Shown here: piece after piece, positions 18,721-27,568 of the stretch | Position numbering within the stretch: position 1 is the stretch's first letter | How the letters are laid out: each line of letters begins with the position of its first letter | Assembly (NCBI GenBank): GCA_964611385.1 | Contig: CAZSXS010000006.1 | Location: 26 to 64,025 of the forward strand | DNA: 64,000 bases | Direction of reading: 5' to 3' | Origin: an uncultured Defluviitaleaceae bacterium | GTDB lineage: Bacteria > Bacillota > Clostridia > Lachnospirales > CAYPQA01 | Translations under genes and position numbers: made by a program | The notes under the pieces: model-generated | Told to the model about the DNA's origin: nothing | Seen by the model: only the letters and a program-made list of their open reading frames with translations | Database searches by the model: none

Positions 18721-18753
18721 CTTTTAGCGGCCCCCCGCAGAATGGAGGATTTT

Positions 18754-20436
18754 ATGAATTGTAGTAAGTATCAAGCTTTCCCTGTTATGAATCGACCCAA
18801 CCGCCGCTGGCCTAGCCAGCAGATCGTCAAAGCTCCTGCTTGGTGTAGCGTTGACCTGCGTGACGGTAATCAGTCCTTGGAGGTCCCTATGACCTTTGAG
18901 CAGAAATTGAAGTTTTTTGAGTTCTTGGTCCAAACTGGCTTTAAGGAAATTGAAGTGGGCTTCCCCGCCTCTTCCGATACCGAGTTTGAGTTTACTAGAG
19001 CCCTAATTGAAAGAAACCTGATCCCAAAGGATGTGTATATTCAGGTCCTTATGCAGTCCAGAGAGCATATTATCAAGCGGAGCTTTGAGGCCCTGGAAGG
19101 CGTTGAGCGTGCGATCATCCACTTGTATAATTCTACTTCCACCTTGCAAAGACAGGTCGTGTTTAATAAATCTAAAGAGGAAATTAAAGAACTGGCCGTC
19201 AGTGGTGCTAAACAGATCCTGGAGTTGGCCAAAAAATATGGCCGTGATCGCTTTATCTTTGAGTACTCCCCTGAAAGCTTTTCGGGTACCGAGCCGGATT
19301 ATGCCGTAGAGGTCTGTAATGCCGTCCTGGATGTCTGGCAACCTACCAAGGATAGAAAGGTCATTATCAATCTTCCTAATACGGTCGAAATGTCTACCCC
19401 CAATGTCTATGCCGACCAGATTGAGTATGTCTGCGACCACCTGAACGGTCGGGAAAATGTCATCGTGAGCCTTCATGCCCATAATGACCGGGGTACTGCC
19501 GTGGCTGGTACGGAACTTGGTCTCCTGGCTGGTGCAGACCGGGTGGAGGGGACTCTTTTCGGGAATGGCGAGCGGACGGGTAACGCCGATATCTTGACCA
19601 TTGCTATGAACCTGTATTCCCAGGGCATTGATATGGGCTTGGACTTCTCCCAGATTGACCGTGTGATTTCCGTTTATGAAACCTTGACCAGAATGAATGT
19701 CCATAAGCGCCACCCCTATGCCGGAGAGTTGGTCTATACGGCTTTCTCAGGCTCCCATCAGGATGCCATCAATAAGGGCTTGGCTAAGATGAAAGAGAAA
19801 GAGGCTTTCTGGGAGGTTCCCTACCTTCCCATAGATCCGATGGATGTGGGCAGAAGTTATGCGCCTATTATCCGGATTAATAGCCAGTCTGGAAAGGGCG
19901 GTGTCGCCTATATCCTGGAGCAAAATTTTGGTGTCATTGTTCCCAAGGCCATGCAGTTTGATTTTAGCCTCTATGTAACAAAGGAATCCGACAGCAAAAG
20001 CCAGGAGCTTACTCCGCAGGATATTTATGACTTGTTTAAGCGAACCTATATTAACCTGGAAAGCCCCCTCGGCCTTTTGACCTATGACGAGCATTCCAAT
20101 GGAGGCAATGGAAATGGTCAGCAGGCTCAAAGCAAGGTGACGGCAACTCTTCTGGATCACGGCAAGGAAATCAGCGTCAGCGGCGAAGGTAACGGTCTGA
20201 TTGATGGTTTCTGTAATGCACTCTTTAATGCGTTTCAGCTTCAGTTTGAGATCGTAAATTATAGTGAGCACTCTCTCGAATATGGTACCCGTTCCCGAGC
20301 CATTACCTACATGCAGCTTTCGTATAAGGGTAAGTTCTATTTCGGCGCAGGGGTCTCCGGCTCCATTAGTAAGTCGTCTTTGAAGGCGATTATCAGTGCA
20401 GTGAATAAGATTTTGGAAAAGGAGGAAATAAAATGA
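18754..20436 (+). CDS. leuA: 2-isopropylmalate synthase, long form with a C-terminal regulatory domain
   Basis: RRWPSQQIVKAPAWCSVDLRDGNQ, HAHNDRG and the LeuA dimerisation/regulatory region. The ATG at 18754 has GGAGG 5 nt upstream. An ATG at 18742 is an alternative. Confidence 0.9.
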   Translation: MNCSKYQAFPVMNRPNRRWPSQQIVKAPAWCSVDLRDGNQSLEVPMTFEQKLKFFEFLVQTGFKEIEVGFPASSDTEFEFTRALIERNLIPKDVYIQVLMQSREHIIKRSFEALEGVERAIIHLYNSTSTLQRQVVFNKSKEEIKELAVSGAKQILELAKKYGRDRFIFEYSPESFSGTEPDYAVEVCNAVLDVWQPTKDRKVIINLPNTVEMSTPNVYADQIEYVCDHLNGRENVIVSLHAHNDRGTAVAGTELGLLAGADRVEGTLFGNGERTGNADILTIAMNLYSQGIDMGLDFSQIDRVISVYETLTRMNVHKRHPYAGELVYTAFSGSHQDAINKGLAKMKEKEAFWEVPYLPIDPMDVGRSYAPIIRINSQSGKGGVAYILEQNFGVIVPKAMQFDFSLYVTKESDSKSQELTPQDIYDLFKRTYINLESPLGLLTYDEHSNGGNGNGQQAQSKVTATLLDHGKEISVSGEGNGLIDGFCNALFNAFQLQFEIVNYSEHSLEYGTRSRAITYMQLSYKGKFYFGAGVSGSISKSSLKAIISAVNKILEKEEIK

Positions 20437-21392
20437 CCGAAAGAGAGAGAATGAGTAAGACCCTGAAGCTTGAAAAGATTGGTGGAAGGGTTCCGCATTT
20501 TGAGCTGGAATTTTTCCTGACCATGGAGGCCTTTGGAAGGGTTCACCCCTCCCAGTTAAACTTCTATCAATGGGGGCAGATGTCTGCAAAGGAAAAAAGC
20601 TTGCATCTAAACAGTGTGATTGATACGCACATTGCTGTAGCCGAAAAGTATAAGCACAGTGCAATCTTCCTTCACCCCAACCCCTCTGATTTTAATAGCA
20701 TCGTCGAGGCACTGACCCTACTGCGAGAAAAAAGCGGAGACGAGTACTTTGTCATGATACATGGGGACACTACCTTTTCGATACCGGATGGGGACGAGAT
20801 GATGGAGTTTTCCTATCGTCTTTATCACGAAAAAGAAAAGCTGCATGAAGAAGCGAAGCGTAGGTTAGATCGTGCTGTTGAAAGAATTATTAAAACCTCT
20901 TACCATAAAGGTTTGTTGGATTGCTATGCGCTTTGCTCTGACTACTGCTTTAACACGAATCCCTTCTTTTCTGATGAGCTTTTTGCGGAATTTATTACTC
21001 CCTATCTAAAGGAACTCATTGACCAATGCCACAGGCACCATTTTTTTGCGATCAAGCATACAGATGGCAACATCATGCCTATCCTTGATGCGATGCTAGA
21101 ATGTAAACCAGACGCTCTGCATTCCCTTGATCCGCAAGGAGGCGTAGACTTAAAGTACATAAAGGAGCATTATGGTGATAAGGTTTGCCTCATAGGAAAT
21201 GTGAACTGTGGACTTCTACAGACAGGAAGCCTGGAAGAGGTTGAGCAGGATGTAATGCGCTCCTTGCGAGATGGAATGAGTGACGGGAAGGGCTATATTT
21301 TTTCGACTTCGAATTGCGTTTATACTGGGCTGGATTTGGAACGGTATGAATATATGCATAAGCTGTGGCAACAATATGGAGTCTATGAATAG
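20433..21392 (+). CDS. Uroporphyrinogen decarboxylase (URO-D) family protein
   Basis: The C-terminal half (HSLDPQGG.DL...GDKVCLIGNVN...GYIFSTSN) is typical of URO-D/MtaA-like proteins. The ATG overlaps the leuA TGA (ATGA). Confidence 0.75.
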   Translation: MTERERMSKTLKLEKIGGRVPHFELEFFLTMEAFGRVHPSQLNFYQWGQMSAKEKSLHLNSVIDTHIAVAEKYKHSAIFLHPNPSDFNSIVEALTLLREKSGDEYFVMIHGDTTFSIPDGDEMMEFSYRLYHEKEKLHEEAKRRLDRAVERIIKTSYHKGLLDCYALCSDYCFNTNPFFSDELFAEFITPYLKELIDQCHRHHFFAIKHTDGNIMPILDAMLECKPDALHSLDPQGGVDLKYIKEHYGDKVCLIGNVNCGLLQTGSLEEVEQDVMRSLRDGMSDGKGYIFSTSNCVYTGLDLERYEYMHKLWQQYGVYE

Positions 21393-21403
21393 GAGGTGTT
21401 CTT

Positions 21404-21678
21404 ATCAGCAAACACATTGCACTGCATATGATAGGCAATTCTCATATAGACCCTGTGTGGTTCTGGAGAAAGGAGGAGGGCTTACAGGAGGTTAAGGCTA
21501 CATTTCTTTCAGCTTTAGATAGAATGAATGAATTTGATGACTTTATTTTTTACAGCAAGCTCTTCTTATTTCTTGCGCTTTGTGGAAGAAAATTGCCCAG
21601 AGCTTTTTAAAGCCATTTTGGAAAGAGTCAAAGAGGGGCGTTTTGAGCTTGTGGGCGGCTGGACAAGAAAGGACGAAT
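21404..21678 (+). pseudogene. Remnant of a GH38 alpha-mannosidase N-terminus (frameshifted and truncated)
   Basis: HMIGNSHIDPVWFWRKEEG...LDRMNEFDDFIF in one frame continues as TASSSYFLRFVEENCPELFKAILERVKEGRFELVGGW in another. It ends after about 95 residues at the GH2 start. Confidence 0.65.
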
Positions 21679-24354
21679 ATGATCAAATATTCACTGAATG
21701 GATCGGATTGGCTTTTTAAAGAATTTGTAGGCTTGGACTGGGTTTGGAGAGACTCAGTAAAGCCGGTTAACCGCGATACGAGATGGTGGAACAAAGGCAC
21801 CATACCCGGCTCTGTCTTACAGGACTTGCTAAAAATCGGTGCAGTCCCAAGCCCTTACTATGACTGTCAAAGCAAGCTTTGTGAATGGATATCTGCAAGA
21901 ACCTGGGTTTATAAAAAGAACTTTGTCCTACCCGCTGGTTTTTTAGGAAAGAAGCTTATACTGACCTTTGAAGGGATTGACTACAGCGGCGACGTTTTTT
22001 TAAACGGCGACTGTATTGGGCGTTTTGAAGGCATGTTTATTCCCTTTACCAAAAACATTACAGAGCTTGTAAAGTATGGTGAGGAAAACTTGCTTGCCGT
22101 AGTGATTGAAGCCGCCCCCCAAGAGCAGGCCCAGGTTGGAAAGACCAGCCTAGTAAAGACCCATAAGTCACGCATGACCTATTGGTGGGATTTCTGCCCA
22201 AGACTGATTCATCAGGGGATTTGGGATGAAGTTTACATAGAGGTGGCAGAGGAACTGCTCGAAGAACTTTGGATTAGGGCAGAGCTTTCAGAGGATTTAA
22301 GTGAGGCTAAGCTTTTGGTTGAGGCAAAGCTTACTGGTGGAACTGTGCTGGAAGTTTTAACAGAGCCAGGTACCAGCGTGGCTTTTCCGGTTCAAAACAA
22401 TAGCGCCCAGGGTGAAATCAGCATCCATAATCCGAGGCTTTGGTGGCCCAATGGATACGGTGAACCCTTTGAGTATAAGCTTACTGTCAGAATCTTGGAA
22501 CACAGTTCCGCTACAAATGCCTTGTACACAAAAACGATATGCTATGGAATCAGAAAAATTGAGTTCTTGCCCAATGACAATGCGGCAAGTGATGTCCCGC
22601 CCTTTGTGCTGCATGTAAACCAAGTTAAAGTTTATATGAAGGGGTACAACTGGGTACCCATGGATTTATCCTATGGGGTTGAAAGGCCCAACAAACTGAA
22701 ACGTTTAATTCAGCTTGCGAAAGAGGCACATGTAAATCTGTTTCGGGTTTGGGGCGGCGGGCTCATTGAGAAGGAAAGCTTTTACCGTATCTGCGCGGAA
22801 AATGGTATTCTGATCTGGCAGGAGTTCATACAGTCTAGCTCAGGCATAGATAACGATACGCCGAAAGACCAGGCGTACTTTGACTTAATGAGCCATCAGG
22901 CGGAAATCATCATTAAGAAAAGAAGGAATGAAACGGCTCTTGCTCTATGGTGTGGTGGAAACGAGCTGCAAGACCAAGAAGGTATGCCCTTAAACAACTC
23001 AGATACCTTGCTTTCTATGCTAAAGCAAAAGGTAGAGGCGCTAGACAATCGACCTTGGCTCCCAACTTCTCCTTCCGGAGGCGTCTTCTCAAATTCCATT
23101 GAGAATATAGAAAAAGATCCCCAACGTTTGCAGGATGTTCACGGACCTTGGGAACATCAGGGGATACGAGAGCAGTACAGACTTTATAATATGGGTACTT
23201 CTTTGCTTCATTCCGAGTTTGGCGTTGAGGGCATGACCAATGTGCAAGTGCTTAAAAAATATACAGCAGCGGATAAGCTTCTTCCAGCAAGCAAAGACAA
23301 TGAGGTCTACTTCCATAGAGGGGCATGGTGGAACAATGAACCCTTGGTGGTAGAAAGCTTTGGGGGAGGCCCTCTTAGTATTGAGGAGTTGATAAAAGCA
23401 AGCCAATACATGCAATATGAAGGCTTAAAATATGCTGTGGAAGCGAACCGAAGAAGAGCCTATAACAACAGTGGCTCCTTTCCCTGGCAGTTTAATGAGC
23501 CTTTCCCGAATAACTTCTGCACGTCCTCTCTGGATTATCATGCCAACCCAAAGCCGGCTTATTATGGTGTGAAGCAGGCCTACTCGCCGATACTCATTTC
23601 GGCTTCCTTTCAGTCAGCTTCGTTAGCAAAAGACAGGAAAGTAGATGTGTTTGTTACCGTAGGCTCGAAGCTAGCGGACACTTTGGGACTTGATGAAATA
23701 CAAACAGATGACAGAGCGGTAAATGACAGCAATACAAGTAGTAAAAATGCGCGTGATAGAAATGCAAGTGATAGAAATGCAAGTGATAGAAATACGAGAG
23801 ATAGAAACGCAAGTGATAGAAATGTAAATAGCAGAAAGGTAAGCGACAGAGAGGCCAATGACAAAATGGCTCGAATCAAGGTCTTGGACATCTATGGAAA
23901 TGAAATTCTTAGGCAAGAGCTTTCTGTCGATCTTAAAGAGCATAGTAGTGAAAAGATTCTGAGCTTTGAGGTGCCAGCGGAAAATCTTGAGTATCCCCTT
24001 TGTCTGTTACAACTAGAGCTTATAGATGACTTCTGCACTATCGCCAGCAATGAATATTTATTTACAGTAGCCAAAGACTATAAACCCTTATTGAACTTAC
24101 CCAAAACGGAAATAAACTGTAGGGTGCAAGACAACGAAATAAGCTTAACGAATCTGGGAAAAACAGCCGCGTTTTACTTGTTTCTGTCCGACAATAATGA
24201 TCTACCAGAACCCCTTGCAATGGAGGAAACAAACTGGCTGAGCTTTAGTCAGAACTATTTGAATATCATGCCCGGTCAAACTGTCACGGTACAGGTTGAG
24301 CAGTTCAGAGAAGGTGAAGCACTCAATATAAGGGTTGATGGATTTGGAATATAA
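21679..24354 (+). CDS. Glycoside hydrolase family 2 protein (beta-mannosidase-like)
   Basis: Start at the ATG at 21679 (MIKYSLNGSDW). GH2 sugar-binding N-domain pattern (LTFEGIDYSGDVFLNG), then a TIM-barrel region with NLFRVWGGG and WCGGNE. Confidence 0.75.
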   Translation: MIKYSLNGSDWLFKEFVGLDWVWRDSVKPVNRDTRWWNKGTIPGSVLQDLLKIGAVPSPYYDCQSKLCEWISARTWVYKKNFVLPAGFLGKKLILTFEGIDYSGDVFLNGDCIGRFEGMFIPFTKNITELVKYGEENLLAVVIEAAPQEQAQVGKTSLVKTHKSRMTYWWDFCPRLIHQGIWDEVYIEVAEELLEELWIRAELSEDLSEAKLLVEAKLTGGTVLEVLTEPGTSVAFPVQNNSAQGEISIHNPRLWWPNGYGEPFEYKLTVRILEHSSATNALYTKTICYGIRKIEFLPNDNAASDVPPFVLHVNQVKVYMKGYNWVPMDLSYGVERPNKLKRLIQLAKEAHVNLFRVWGGGLIEKESFYRICAENGILIWQEFIQSSSGIDNDTPKDQAYFDLMSHQAEIIIKKRRNETALALWCGGNELQDQEGMPLNNSDTLLSMLKQKVEALDNRPWLPTSPSGGVFSNSIENIEKDPQRLQDVHGPWEHQGIREQYRLYNMGTSLLHSEFGVEGMTNVQVLKKYTAADKLLPASKDNEVYFHRGAWWNNEPLVVESFGGGPLSIEELIKASQYMQYEGLKYAVEANRRRAYNNSGSFPWQFNEPFPNNFCTSSLDYHANPKPAYYGVKQAYSPILISASFQSASLAKDRKVDVFVTVGSKLADTLGLDEIQTDDRAVNDSNTSSKNARDRNASDRNASDRNTRDRNASDRNVNSRKVSDREANDKMARIKVLDIYGNEILRQELSVDLKEHSSEKILSFEVPAENLEYPLCLLQLELIDDFCTIASNEYLFTVAKDYKPLLNLPKTEINCRVQDNEISLTNLGKTAAFYLFLSDNNDLPEPLAMEETNWLSFSQNYLNIMPGQTVTVQVEQFREGEALNIRVDGFGI
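23746..23865 (+). repeat. In-frame 15-bp tandem repeat (about 8 units) encoding N-A-S-D-R-like pentapeptides inside the GH2 gene
   Basis: AATGCAAGTGATAGA and variants recur with a 15-nt period, in frame with the GH2 ORF. Confidence 0.85.
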
Positions 24355-24395
24355 TAAAAAAGTGACAACCACGCAGAATGGTTGTCACTTTTTTA
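24355..24395. terminator. Bidirectional terminator between the GH2 and rpiR-family genes
   Basis: AAAAAAGTGACAACC...GGTTGTCACTTTTTT. Confidence 0.8.
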
Positions 24396-24398
24396 TTG

Positions 24399-25259
24399 TT
24401 AAAGCAGCTTTTTCGCAATCGCATTGGCAGTGATATCAAGGTTTTCACTGCAACGCACTCCGTTTTTTCTGCAGTATTCATTGAAGAGGACATCAATGAT
24501 AAATAAAATTGCCATTTTGGCAGCGATGGAGCCAGATTGAAGGGGCCCTTCCTTCGATCCGCAAAGCAACGTCACGTTGGCATAAGCGGCACCGGGTGAT
24601 TTTTTAAAGTGGGTAATTAGGATAACCTTCACCTTTCTTTCGCTGGCAAGCTTGAGCGTATCAATCATTTCCTTGACGGCGCCAGAGTAGGACAAGTAGA
24701 CGATCACATCCTCTTCGCCAAGGATGGAGGCGGACATAGCCTGAAAGTGGGAGTCCATAATACAATGAATATTGGGGATGACCGTAACGAACCGCGCCCA
24801 AAGCTCCATAGCCATAACAAGCCCTCCGCCCTGTCCAAAGCAGTAAATGTTCCTTGCGGCGTTAAGGATTTCGACCGTCTCTATAATTTCGCTTTCGTCA
24901 AAAAGCTCCAGCGTCTGGTGCAAGGCACCTACATTAACCGTGTAAAGCTTCTTGCACAGCTCAAGAATACTGTCCCCCGGCAAAATTTTTGTAAACTGGC
25001 TGTATTCGCTGCCGTTCACGCTGGCCGCACTGGACTTTGCAAGGGCAAGCTTAAAAGCATTATAGCCGTCAAAGCCCATGGCCCGGCAAAACCGAAACAC
25101 AGTAGATTCAGCAACGCCACACTCCTCAGCCAAGGTTGTGATGGACATGAACTGTGTTTCAACCTTGTTCGCAAAAATATAGTCAGCGACCTTTTTAGAC
25201 ATCTTAGTAAGGCTGTTATATTGATTCGTCATATAACTCAGTACATCTGCATTATTCAT
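24399..25259 (-). CDS. MurR/RpiR family transcriptional regulator (HTH_6 + SIS)
   Basis: Start set at the ATG at 25259 (MNNADVLSYM), after an AAAGGAGAG RBS. The HTH is ITTLAEECGVAESTVFRFCRAMGFDGY, followed by a SIS domain. Confidence 0.85.
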   Translation of the reverse strand: MNNADVLSYMTNQYNSLTKMSKKVADYIFANKVETQFMSITTLAEECGVAESTVFRFCRAMGFDGYNAFKLALAKSSAASVNGSEYSQFTKILPGDSILELCKKLYTVNVGALHQTLELFDESEIIETVEILNAARNIYCFGQGGGLVMAMELWARFVTVIPNIHCIMDSHFQAMSASILGEEDVIVYLSYSGAVKEMIDTLKLASERKVKVILITHFKKSPGAAYANVTLLCGSKEGPLQSGSIAAKMAILFIIDVLFNEYCRKNGVRCSENLDITANAIAKKLL

Positions 25260-25681
25260 CTTCAACTCTCCTTTAAGGAATTCCAATTCCCTGAATGCTC
25301 TTCGGCATTTAATCTCTATGCCTTTTCTCATTTGCATTTCATTATATCTGCAAATAAAAAAACTTTCAACCGAGCTACTTTCCCCTAAAAAAATAATGGA
25401 AAAAGTTTTCATTCATTATCACTATAAAAAATATATTTTTTTGTTTAAAATGGATATTGAAAAATATTTTCACGGATGATATACTTCTTTTTAAATAATT
25501 GGTCATTTAGCAAGACATTAACTCTAAAAATTAGTTAGTATTTTTTTATTTTTTATGCATAATATTTTAATACTCTATGTTTTTTATTGTAAGATATCGT
25601 CATTATATTGTCTAACTTTTTTAACATAATCAAAAAAGAAATTTTTTTCATTATAGGCTTAGGCCGTAAAAGGAGGATTTT

Positions 25682-26617
25682 ATGCAAACAAAAAGGAAAA
25701 GCAACTCAGCCCTTGCAAGAAGTGTAAAAAGACATGTTCCTTATTACCTTTTCTTGATTCCGGCTATCATTTTGGTTGCGGTTTTCAGCTATGCCCCTAT
25801 GTATGGCATAGTGATCGCATTCAAAGATTTCAAGATGGCAAGAGGAATTATAGGGAGCCAATGGGTCGGCCTTAAGCATTTTAAGTATGTGTTTTCAGAT
25901 CCGGGTTTTTACAGGGTGCTTTACAACACCATCAAAATTAGTTTTCTTACCCTTCTTACTTCCTTCCCCCTCACCATCGTCTTTGCCCTGCTCGTGAACG
26001 AAATTATGAACCTGCCCTTCAAAAAGGTGGTTCAAACCATTACATATTTGCCGCATTTTCTGTCCTGGGTTGTTGTCGGCGCTTTCGTTTATCAGATTTT
26101 ATCTCCCTCTAACGGAATCGTAAACGCCATCCTGATGAAGCTTGGTCTGATTAATAAGCCGATTTACTTCGTCGTTGAGCAATACGCCTTCATACCGATG
26201 TACTTGATCACAAACCTTTGGAAGACCACAGGCTATAGTATCGTAATCTACCTGTCCACCATTGCCGGAATTGATCCTGGCTTATATGAGTCGGCCACCA
26301 TCGACGGTGCGAACCGTTTCCATCGTGTTCTTTACATTACCCTCCCGGCTCTGGCGCCTACCATTTCCACACTTTTGATCCTTCGAGTCAGCTCCTTAAT
26401 CAGCGTAGGCTTTGATCCGATTTTCAATCTGTACACACCCTCAACTTATCCGGTTGCGGATGTTATTTCCACTTATGTTTACCGTTTAGGATTGGTTGAA
26501 GCAAGATATGATGTTACCACTGCGATTGGATTGGCCCAGAATGTTGTCGGACTGATGCTTGTACTTTCCAGCAACTGGCTTGCGCGTAAGGCTAATCCGG
26601 ATTATCGTGTCATTTAA
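25682..26617 (+). CDS. Carbohydrate ABC transporter permease (LplB-like)
   Basis: Six TM segments and an EAA-type loop (YESATIDGANRFHRVLYITLP). Confidence 0.85.
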   Translation: MQTKRKSNSALARSVKRHVPYYLFLIPAIILVAVFSYAPMYGIVIAFKDFKMARGIIGSQWVGLKHFKYVFSDPGFYRVLYNTIKISFLTLLTSFPLTIVFALLVNEIMNLPFKKVVQTITYLPHFLSWVVVGAFVYQILSPSNGIVNAILMKLGLINKPIYFVVEQYAFIPMYLITNLWKTTGYSIVIYLSTIAGIDPGLYESATIDGANRFHRVLYITLPALAPTISTLLILRVSSLISVGFDPIFNLYTPSTYPVADVISTYVYRLGLVEARYDVTTAIGLAQNVVGLMLVLSSNWLARKANPDYRVI

Positions 26618-26628
26618 GGGGGATTGAA

Positions 26629-27531
26629 ATGTCTAAGAAAAATAAAATCAAAGCTTCTCTGAGCAGCAATATTTTTGATACCTGCAATGCTATTTTCATG
26701 ATACTATTTTGTATTACCATTCTTCTACCCTTTTGGGATATGATCGTGCGCTCCCTCTCCCGGCCGATTGATATTTCATACATGGGGATTAATTTCTTTC
26801 CACCTGTCCCCACTCTGGATGCCTATAAATATTGCTTCAAGGATGCTCAGTTTTTGGGTGCGTTTTTTATCTCTGTTTCCAGAACGGTTTTGGGCACGAT
26901 TCTCCATCTTTTGATTTGCTGCATGGCTGCTTTCGCTCTTTCCAAAAGCGATATGCCCTTTCGTAAGGTGATCATGACCTTTTTGATCGTTCCAATGTTT
27001 TTCTCTGGTGGTATGATTCCTACGTATATTAATATAAAGAACTTAGGACTACTAAATAATTTCCTGGTTTATATTATTCCCTCCGCTTTCAGCATCTTCG
27101 ATACCATTATTATCAGAAACTTTCTCTATTCCATCGACAGCGCTATGGAAGAAGCAGCCAGCATAGACGGTGCTTCGGAGCTAAGAATTTTCTTCCAGAT
27201 TCTGATTCCGCTTTCAAAGCCTGTGCTTGCAACGGTTGCTCTTTGGCAAATGGTTGGCCAGTGGAACTCCTGGTTTGACAATATGCTCTATAACCGAAAC
27301 GCCGAGAACCTTTTGACCTTACAGTATCTGCTTAGACGACTGATGACTACCCTTCTGCGGACCCCTGATACAGCCTATGAGGCAGACATGATGGCAGGGG
27401 CCATCAATATGAACCCGGACACAGTTAAAGCCGCTACCACCGTCCTGGTTATCTTACCAATAGTAATGGTTTATCCTTTTATCCAAAAGTATTTTGTGAA
27501 AGGCATCATGGTTGGAGCTGTAAAGGGGTAA
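26629..27531 (+). CDS. Carbohydrate ABC transporter permease (LplC-like)
   Basis: TM topology and an EAA loop (EEAASIDGASELRIFFQILIP). Confidence 0.85.
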   Translation: MSKKNKIKASLSSNIFDTCNAIFMILFCITILLPFWDMIVRSLSRPIDISYMGINFFPPVPTLDAYKYCFKDAQFLGAFFISVSRTVLGTILHLLICCMAAFALSKSDMPFRKVIMTFLIVPMFFSGGMIPTYINIKNLGLLNNFLVYIIPSAFSIFDTIIIRNFLYSIDSAMEEAASIDGASELRIFFQILIPLSKPVLATVALWQMVGQWNSWFDNMLYNRNAENLLTLQYLLRRLMTTLLRTPDTAYEADMMAGAINMNPDTVKAATTVLVILPIVMVYPFIQKYFVKGIMVGAVKG

Positions 27532-27568
27532 TCCTTATTATAAATCAAAAAATGAAAGGAGTAATTTT

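Noticed and set aside
23746-23865. Possible CRISPR-like or regulatory repeat arrays (also 60818..60937 and 6634..6750)
   Set aside because: The units are contiguous without spacers and in frame with coding sequences (periods of 15, 24 and 39 nt). No cas genes are present.
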